From Barthelona sp. PAP020 (taxonomy: Eukaryota): a DNA stretch of 35,783 nt. Both the position numbers and the translations under genes were made by a program. This document shows positions 29,044 through 35,783 of the stretch, piece by piece. Every line of letters starts with the position of its first letter. Position 1 is the stretch's first letter. Under the pieces are notes generated by a model. It did not search any database. It saw nothing but the letters and a program-made list of their open reading frames with translations, and was not told the origin of the DNA. The DNA is taken from assembly GCA_040182905.1 (NCBI GenBank), contig JARQWU010000088.1, positions 1 to 35,783 of the forward strand, in the 5' to 3' direction.

Positions 29044-30900
29044 ATGAATGATGAACCATTCTTTCAAAGACAAAGATTTCCATCACCACCACCCAGTTCA
29101 ATTGATCATTTAAATTCAGACCATTTTTCTGATTTTGCTGCAGATGTTGAAGAATTGGGGAGAGAATCACCATTTACTTCAACACATCGTTCAACACTCT
29201 CCCCTGATCGTTTCAGTAACTTAGGTTTGGAATCTGAGGGAAGTGTTATAGGTTTTGATTTAATTGATCGTGGTTCAACATTATCTGATTTTGCCGGTTT
29301 TTATTTAGAAGATGATGATACAATAGGACCTTTATCTGATGGGTTTTGTACTGATACAATGATAGATATGACCACAAATTCAAATCACATTGATTTTTTT
29401 GACTCAACAGGAAATTCTAATTCACAAATTGACGATCGTGCAAGTTATAAACCACGAAATCGTTCAAATTTTAGTGTTATCAATGTTGAAAAAAGTCCAA
29501 ACGTCATCAAAAGAACTTTTAGTAAGTTTGAAAATGTTGGAATTATAAAGGAAGATACTGATACCACATCTTCTTCATCAAATGAGGATCTCAATCAACG
29601 TGTAGGTTTTGAAAACATTATTTTCTCTCCCAATGCATCAAAACCCAATTTTATTGAGTGGAACAATAAGAATACTGGAAATGGTAATGAGAGTAAAAGC
29701 AATCATTCCAAAAATATGGTATGTGTTCCTTTGGAACGTATTCGTAACAAAGAAGATGTTCTTCTTGATGAATGTCTGGGATGTATTGAAATTATTTGTA
29801 AAGATCAGATAGGATCTCGATTTATTCAAGATAATTTGCGCTTTATCAAAGGAAAAGCTTTGTTTTCCCAATTGTTTGAGGAAGTTAATGGAGCTTTTTA
29901 CAGTTTGGTTAATGACCCTTTCGGTAATTATGTCATACAAAAATTTTTTGATATCGGTTCCCAAGAACAAAGGGACACATTTGGGTATCGTTTACAGAAT
30001 CGAGTTCTAAATTTAAGCATGCAAATGTTTGGTTGTAGAGTTGTGCAGAAAACATTTAATTTTGTTTCATTGAATCTTAAAGTTGAGTTGATGAAGGAAA
30101 TTGAAAACAAAGTGTTAATGTGCATTTACAATCAAAATGGCAATCATGTTATTCAAAAAATTATAGAACAAGTTCCTTGTGAAAAGTTGGATTTCGTTGT
30201 TGAAGAAATACGTGCCAATTTGTTTGAGTTGGCTAGGCATACCTATGGGTGTCGGGTAATTCAAAGAATATTAGAACGTTGCACTGATAAACAAAAAGAA
30301 CCAATTATTTCAGAGATATTTACTCAAGCAATCCAATTAGTCTATCATCAATATGGTAACTACGTCATGCAACATATTCTTGATAAGTGTAGTACCAAAC
30401 AAAGATCTTCATTGTTTAATATAATCAAAGATCAGTTTGTCTCTATGGCTATTCATGAATATGCTTCCCATGTTGTTGAAAAATGTTTAGATAATTGCTT
30501 ACCCAATGAGGTCACATTTATTTTTGAGGAGATATTAAATGCTTCAGGTCCTATTGGACCTTATTTATTGGAACCTACTCCTAGCGTTTCTGAAAATGAT
30601 TCTGTCATTAGAGCTTTACTGAAAGGTACTTATTCTAATTATGTCATCCAGAAGTTGATATCCATCGCCAAAATTTATGATTTTGATGAAAAATTGTATT
30701 TGGCATGTTCCCCCCATTTGGATGCCATACAATCATTGCCTTATGGGCCTCATATTATAAGTAAATTAAACAAGAACTTTTCAAGCAACTTTAACCAAAC
30801 AAATAATTTTGATCAACAAGGTCAAAGGTTTAACAATAGCAATAAGAAACAATATCGCCATAATCAGCGAAATAATAATTTTAAAAAGACCAAAAAATAG
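29044..30900 (+). CDS. Pumilio/Puf-family RNA-binding protein with 8 Puf repeats
   Basis: Recognition helices SRFIQ, NYVIQ, CRVVQ, NHVIQ, CRVIQ, NYVMQ, SHVVE, NYVIQ, followed by YGPHII. Ser/Asp-rich disordered N-terminus and Asn/Gln-rich tail. Confidence 0.96.
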   Translation: MNDEPFFQRQRFPSPPPSSIDHLNSDHFSDFAADVEELGRESPFTSTHRSTLSPDRFSNLGLESEGSVIGFDLIDRGSTLSDFAGFYLEDDDTIGPLSDGFCTDTMIDMTTNSNHIDFFDSTGNSNSQIDDRASYKPRNRSNFSVINVEKSPNVIKRTFSKFENVGIIKEDTDTTSSSSNEDLNQRVGFENIIFSPNASKPNFIEWNNKNTGNGNESKSNHSKNMVCVPLERIRNKEDVLLDECLGCIEIICKDQIGSRFIQDNLRFIKGKALFSQLFEEVNGAFYSLVNDPFGNYVIQKFFDIGSQEQRDTFGYRLQNRVLNLSMQMFGCRVVQKTFNFVSLNLKVELMKEIENKVLMCIYNQNGNHVIQKIIEQVPCEKLDFVVEEIRANLFELARHTYGCRVIQRILERCTDKQKEPIISEIFTQAIQLVYHQYGNYVMQHILDKCSTKQRSSLFNIIKDQFVSMAIHEYASHVVEKCLDNCLPNEVTFIFEEILNASGPIGPYLLEPTPSVSENDSVIRALLKGTYSNYVIQKLISIAKIYDFDEKLYLACSPHLDAIQSLPYGPHIISKLNKNFSSNFNQTNNFDQQGQRFNNSNKKQYRHNQRNNNFKKTKK

Positions 30901-30953
30901 GCATCAAGCATATTTTAATTTGACTTTTTTGCCTTTCATTGTTTTAAAATAGT

Positions 30954-30961
30954 TGTAAATA
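30954..30961 (+). promoter_or_regulatory. Candidate Pumilio response element (TGTAAATA) and/or 3'-end processing motif
   Basis: Exact UGUAHAUA match 53 nt after the Puf stop codon. Confidence 0.45.
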
Positions 30962-31429
30962 TGTTTTATTTATTTTCTCTTTGTGTGACGTTTTAAAAGG
31001 CTGAACTGAAAAAAGGCCTTTATGAATTCAATTTTGGGGGATTTGTGGAGCTGAAATTTGAAAACACTGACAAAAATTTGTCCAGTTGCGGAACTGCCAA
31101 ATATGTTCATAGTTAAAGTAAATATCTATCGCTTTTTATTCTTCTTAATCAAGAATAATCGCAAAAAAAGTCAAATATTTGAAGTTTTTCCACATTGAAG
31201 AGGCTTTTTTCAAAAGAAAAAGTATTCAGTATATCTGGAGTGTTAATATTTACAAATTCAACGGTTTTCGAAACCACAACTTTTGGAAATCAAGCCCTTT
31301 TCAGGTAAATAACAAGTGCAGAACAAAATATTAACTCACTTTTTTGAATGGGACAAAGAATTGAAATCAAATAGAAATCTAAAAAACGATGAAAAATTTT
31401 TTTCAACATTTAACATTCTCTTTTCACAC

Positions 31430-32584
31430 ATGTTCACCTTCGAAGAAAACCAAGGATCACACGAACTAGAACAACGTGTAAAGAAACATAGAAAATTTGT
31501 TAAAGAACCAAACCAAGATGCTTTTGAAAAATTAGATAATTTTTTGAAATCTAACGATATCAATATTCCAAGAAGTGACTTTGAAATAGTCGATCATTTG
31601 ACAAACCAATTAAATGAGCCTTTGGACAACTGTAATGGACAACACCCTGTTGAAAATAGAAAGCAAATTGTTCGAGCAGTCGAAAGATTTGGAGAAACGC
31701 CTGTGTTTAGTGAGAGGTTTCCGGATACTCAGGTTTTTGCCCTTGATTACAGCCCTAATGGACGGTTTTTTGCGGTTGCAGGATATGATAGAGAATTACT
31801 CAGTGTTTACAACGCTGAAACACATAAAATTGTGCATGAAGCAAATTATGTGAAGGCTTTTGGTCTCAATTTTAGTCCCGACTCCAAGCTATTGGCTGTT
31901 GGTGGTTGTGGTCCAGCAATTCATATCATTGAGGTTGATACTTGGAGAACAGTAAGAGTGATTAGTGATATGGCAAGGCATGTAAAATGTGTGTGGTTCT
32001 CAGCAGATGGCAAATTGCTTTCTTTTGGTATGGATAATGGTTTCATTGCGATATACACGGTGGAAGGACAGAAGTTGCATGAATCTCGAGCTCATAAAAA
32101 ATATGTTCGATCTGTACGTATCAGTCCCGATATGAAGTACTTTGCTTCTGTTAGCGATGATGGATGTTCAAAGTTGTTTTCATTGGAGACGTATGAAGAG
32201 CTTCACACGTGGAGTCATGATGGAAAGTGGGTCAGATCAGGCAAATTCTCATCAGATGGTACTTATTGGGCGACAGGTGATTAAATTGGGACAGTCAGGA
32301 TATTTCATGTTGAGTCTAGAGAGTTGGTGGGAAAGTATAAGGTTCATGATAGTTGTATAAAATCAATCATCTTCTCCCAAGATGGTTTATTGATCTATTC
32401 TGGTTCTTCTGAGAAATCATTTGCTGTAATTCGAAGAGAAACAGGTCAAGTGTTGCAGGAAGTGCGTGTGGGTTTTAATATTCGTGCTATGGCCCTCAAC
32501 CATGATGGAACTCGTTTGTTGTGCAGTGGTATCAATTATCCAAATAATGTTCCAATCCAAGAATTCATTGCTTCAAACCTGTAA
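31430..32584 (+). pseudogene. WD40-repeat gene interrupted by a single in-frame TAA (32282-32284): recent pseudogene, read-through or sequence error
   Basis: Track ORFs 31316..32284 and 32324..32584 share one frame. Reading through gives YWATGD*IGTVRIFHV, a continuous WD blade, followed by two more blades. First ATG at 31430 follows a pyrimidine-rich flank. Confidence 0.8.
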
Positions 32585-33108
32585 AACTCCACCTTGCATT
32601 TTCCTTTTATATCCCATGATTACATGTTTCACATCGCTTCTCAGGTTTTCCCACTTGTAAATTCAAAATACATTGTCATAATGTTCTTCAACCACATGAG
32701 TCACTCCATCAAACAAATAAAACAACATCAACCATCCCACAAACAAACAAAACCAGAACATTTGAATGATTTGAGAAATTCAAGACCAACCTTTTATCCT
32801 CTTGTTTTTGCGCGGGTTCTCCCATTTCGCCAAACACCAGTTTGTTTGAACCACATCTTTACAATTTAATCCGAAATAGTTGATTCAATTGACCTTTAAC
32901 AACGTTAACTCCCTCAAAACGTGGTGTTACAAATTGAACACGCCAGTTTGCATCAACTGTCAATGATTCTATACATTCAATTCACCTGTATGTTAGCGGT
33001 TTTCGTTCTTTCAAGAGAAGTTTGGCATTGGTTGAATGGAAAACCTTTAATCAATCAAGATTCAAAAACATTAAATCGATTCTTTGATCGAGTTCAACTC
33101 ATTTAATT

Positions 33109-33151
33109 ATTGGAGAAAAGAATTGGAGAAATATATTGTTTATTGGAGAAA
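33109..33151. repeat. Three closely spaced copies of ATTGGAGAAA
   Basis: Copies at 33109-33118, 33122-33131 and 33142-33151. The same 10-mer occurs at 4383-4392. Confidence 0.75.
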
Positions 33152-33504
33152 ATTTTACTTTTGAAAGGAAACGAACTGGGGAAAATCAATTGTGGAGGCA
33201 AGCATAAAATTGGAATAATATTTCCGTCCCATTTCATTTATAACTTTGACGAAGCAAAATATTGAAGTTGCTTCCTTTCATTTTGGAAAATTTCATTGTT
33301 ACGACAGATTGATCTATCCTCGAAAATCTTTAACCAAATGAACACCATTCTTTTTTGTTCACTCATACACACAGTGTTTCTTAGCTTTGAAATAAAACAA
33401 ACAAAATTTCTTTTTTTTTTATATATTTTTATTTATTAATTTTTTTTTTCAAAAAAAAGATTCTCTCATTTAAAAACTTTACTAAAAATTAAGACTTTGC
33501 CACA

Positions 33505-34485
33505 CTAAGCAGTTTCAGTCTCCGTTTGTTCATCCAATAACATCAATGCTTCTTGGAACTTCTTGTCATCTTTTTCAGAAATGATGGCCGGTTCTTCAAT
33601 GATTCTTGCTTCACCACCACATTTTTCAACTTCTTCAAGAACAAGTGTGTTGAACAGTTTAACAGCATTAAAACCAATATCCCTCTCCAAAACAGTCACA
33701 TCTACCATATATCTAGGTGATGCAACAGTTCTAGCTTCAACAACATACAAAGTATCTTGTTTTAATCCTCTAACACGCTTAGTACTGCTATCCGATATAG
33801 ATTGTGCATCTAACCATTCATTTACTTGATTTTCTGATTCAACCAAAACTCTACGAATGACATCAACCCCATCAAAAGTATCACAACATATTTCTAATTT
33901 TGATCTAACTTTGATAGGTTTTAAGAAGATCAAACATACATGTTCCAACAATTCATCCTTCACAGTTTGATCAACATCAGTTAAAACTTCAAAAACAGCT
34001 TCTTTTTCAGTCAACAATTTTTTTAATCCTTCATATGCATGACCATATTCACGATTTAATGGCCAAACGATATGTTCAAATAAATATTCCAAAGAACAGT
34101 TGCTAGGTAATTTCAATTTCTTTGATTTTCTAACAGCCAACAAATGAGACATCATAGACTTAACTTCATTATAATTGTCATGTCTATGAATGCATGCAGT
34201 GATAGCATCTTCAACAAGACGTTGTTTGGAGACATCAATGTAACCTTTTTCACTATCAACTCTGACTACTTGACAAACTTCATTCCTTCCAATCTTAACA
34301 TGTTTAGAAAGTGAACGAATACGACGTTTAGACAATGCAGAAAGTGGTAACATACCAACGCAATTACCATATTCCAACAAAGCAACACTTGCACCGTATT
34401 CATCAATAGAAGTAACTTGTACCATGACCATTTCATCAATATCAGGATATTCTTTCTCCCAAAAACGTGCAGTAGGAGTTGTCAT
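33505..34485 (-). CDS. EIF2S1: Eukaryotic translation initiation factor 2 alpha subunit
   Basis: RFWEKEYPDIDEMVMVQV, LLEYGN..GM..LS.LSKRRIRS, VVRVDSEKGYIDVSK, IVWPL...YGHAY, GVDVIR, ASPRY. Confidence 0.96.
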   Translation of the reverse strand: MTTPTARFWEKEYPDIDEMVMVQVTSIDEYGASVALLEYGNCVGMLPLSALSKRRIRSLSKHVKIGRNEVCQVVRVDSEKGYIDVSKQRLVEDAITACIHRHDNYNEVKSMMSHLLAVRKSKKLKLPSNCSLEYLFEHIVWPLNREYGHAYEGLKKLLTEKEAVFEVLTDVDQTVKDELLEHVCLIFLKPIKVRSKLEICCDTFDGVDVIRRVLVESENQVNEWLDAQSISDSSTKRVRGLKQDTLYVVEARTVASPRYMVDVTVLERDIGFNAVKLFNTLVLEEVEKCGGEARIIEEPAIISEKDDKKFQEALMLLDEQTETETA

Positions 34486-34743
34486 TATTAAAAAAAAAAT
34501 CTTTCAAAATTGGTTCAGGTCTTTACATTCAATATCTTTGTTTGATTCAAAACCTTTTCTACTTATATTTTAACCTTTCAATCCAGGAAAGTGAAAAGTT
34601 TCAAAGAATTTTTTTTTTTTTCAAATAGAAAATGAGATTAAACCTACCAAAAGAACAAATAAGAATAAAAAAAATAAAATTAAACCAAAATTAAACCAAA
34701 ATTGGAGACTTTACAATAAATTAAATATGATACAAAAAAGATA

Positions 34744-35457
34744 TTAACGGAACGGAACTTCTTGGGCTGCCAAAGATTCCAACCATTCAATTTGTAATTG
34801 CTGTCTATTTGCAATATTTTTTTCATGCTTTCTTTTAAGTTCATTCTCATCATCAATATAACTTTGTAAAACTCTTGATTCATTCTTTATTTTTGCTTTA
34901 ACTCTAGAATCCAAAATTTTAAGCTTGTTTTTTTGATCTTGATGTGGATCAAATGGAGTTCTGATAAATCTTTGATGATCTGGTAAAAATAATTGAGAAT
35001 TTGGGTGTTCAGAAATATGTTCATCATTGGATGCCCATCGTTTTTCAGGGCATAGCCTTGAAGGAATATTCTTATTGACTATTTGTTCATTTGCAAATGA
35101 ATTTTTTAATCTGGGAGTTGGAAAAGAGTTATCATATCCATCCAACTTTATTGAAGTTTCAGATCGATTAGAATGTGATGTATCACTAACCCGATGTGCT
35201 ACATTATTTGGTCTGACAGGAGGTGCCTTTGTAATACCAGAAGCACTGTTGGCATGATGTGTTTCAAATAACAAATTAGAATTTTCATCATTATCCTTAT
35301 TGTGAAGAGTTTTCAAAGCAGGTTCATAAATTTCAGGTTTCTTAAATCGATATGGAGCAGCTTCATGTTTCTTCAGCTGATCATAAAATTCGTTCCTATC
35401 TGATAAATGGGAAGATATATTTGTGCTTCCCATTAAGATTCTATTCGACTTTTTCAT
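34744..35457 (-). CDS. Hypothetical protein (237 aa), low-complexity with C-terminal coiled coil
   Basis: ATG-initiated ORF with T-rich 5' flank, charged helical C-terminus and TGTAAA downstream of the stop. No family recognised. Confidence 0.7.
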   Translation of the reverse strand: MKKSNRILMGSTNISSHLSDRNEFYDQLKKHEAAPYRFKKPEIYEPALKTLHNKDNDENSNLLFETHHANSASGITKAPPVRPNNVAHRVSDTSHSNRSETSIKLDGYDNSFPTPRLKNSFANEQIVNKNIPSRLCPEKRWASNDEHISEHPNSQLFLPDHQRFIRTPFDPHQDQKNKLKILDSRVKAKIKNESRVLQSYIDDENELKRKHEKNIANRQQLQIEWLESLAAQEVPFR

Positions 35458-35700
35458 CCAAAAAAATTTAAATTGAAAGTGAACACAAATAATTTGACGG
35501 TTTCAAGATCTGTTGTTCATCATCAATTATGATGTTTTTATTTATATGAAAGCACATTTAAATTAGTTGATGGAACTATTGAGCAAAGTCCTTTTTGAAG
35601 ACTTTTCTTTTTATTGTTTTGCTCTTTCAATAATAAATAAGTGGAGAATTGTGTTTTTATGGAAAAATTTTTGTATTTTAAAATAAGAAATGGCTTTCAT

Positions 35701-35783
35701 TTACTTTACAAATTTTGATGCGTTATTGGATACACCACGACTACTACTAACATATGTAGATCCTCCTAAATCGCTTGTATGCA
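35701..35783 (-). CDS. Probable 3' end of a gene entering from the right edge
   Basis: Open frame HTSDLGGSTYVSSSRGVSNNASKFVK* with A/T-ending codons typical of this window and TGTAAA at 35705-35710. Confidence 0.4.
   Translation of the reverse strand, partial: HTSDLGGSTYVSSSRGVSNNASKFVK

Noticed and set aside
30990..31280. Several small hairpins (e.g. GGTTTTCGAAACC) and an ATCGCTT resembling the U2 5' end
   Set aside because: Stems are short and there is no GTAGTA branch-pairing sequence or other snRNA hallmark.
32282..32284. TAA/TAG-to-Gln alternative genetic code (ciliate/hexamitid type)
   Set aside because: Long genes contain no in-frame TAA/TAG, and TAA/TAG end genes at conserved C-termini (HYDIN, SEM1, eIF2-alpha).
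32277..32294. 18-nt GT...AG segment (GTGATTAAATTGGGACAG) that would splice out the WD40 internal stop in frame
   Set aside because: It would delete the GDxIGT turn needed for the blade, is half the length of the two supported introns and has no branch motif.
32986..32997. Minus-strand GCTAACATACAG resembling the Giardia/Trichomonas fused branch-acceptor motif
   Set aside because: All three frames after the AG close within a few codons, and no consistent donor or exon pairing gives a sensible gene.
35690..35783. Plus-strand ATG-initiated frame open to the window end (MAFIYFTNFDALL...)
   Set aside because: It uses codons uncommon here (CTA x3, GCG, TCG). The minus-strand frame fits codon usage and the TGTAAA pattern better, though this is unresolved without flanking sequence.
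1..35783. CRISPR arrays, transposases, reverse transcriptases, prokaryotic operons or defence systems
   Set aside because: No regularly spaced repeats or mobile-element domains seen. Gene content and introns are eukaryotic and neighbouring genes are functionally unrelated.

Overview
AT-rich, gene-dense eukaryotic (protist-like) DNA, not prokaryotic. It uses the standard genetic code (TAA, TAG and TGA all end genes), has short intergenic spacers, T-rich 5' flanks and almost no introns. About 15 genes, in order: 3' end of a probable delta-COP, a WD40 protein, a BRWD/PHIP-like Tudor+bromodomain protein, a subtilisin-EGF-CUB surface protease, Med31, a hypothetical protein, a small intron-split SEM1/DSS1 gene missed by the ORF track, an intronless 14.3 kb HYDIN (so the organism is probably flagellated), 6-phosphogluconate dehydrogenase, a TRAPPC12-like TPR protein, a Pumilio/Puf protein, a WD40 gene broken by one in-frame TAA, eIF2-alpha, a hypothetical protein, and a gene end at the right edge. 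I see no rRNA, tRNA, CRISPR array or recognisable transposon, and I cannot claim a new multi-gene system. Best leads: (i) HYDIN and the BRWD-like gene both appear to lack the N-terminal modules of their families (fission, truncation or trans-splicing); (ii) two 35-37 nt introns; (iii) TGTAAA recurring at gene 3' ends; (iv) a perfect predicted Puf site downstream of the Puf gene itself; (v) the single-stop WD40 gene. All homology calls come from motif recognition by eye, not from database searches.
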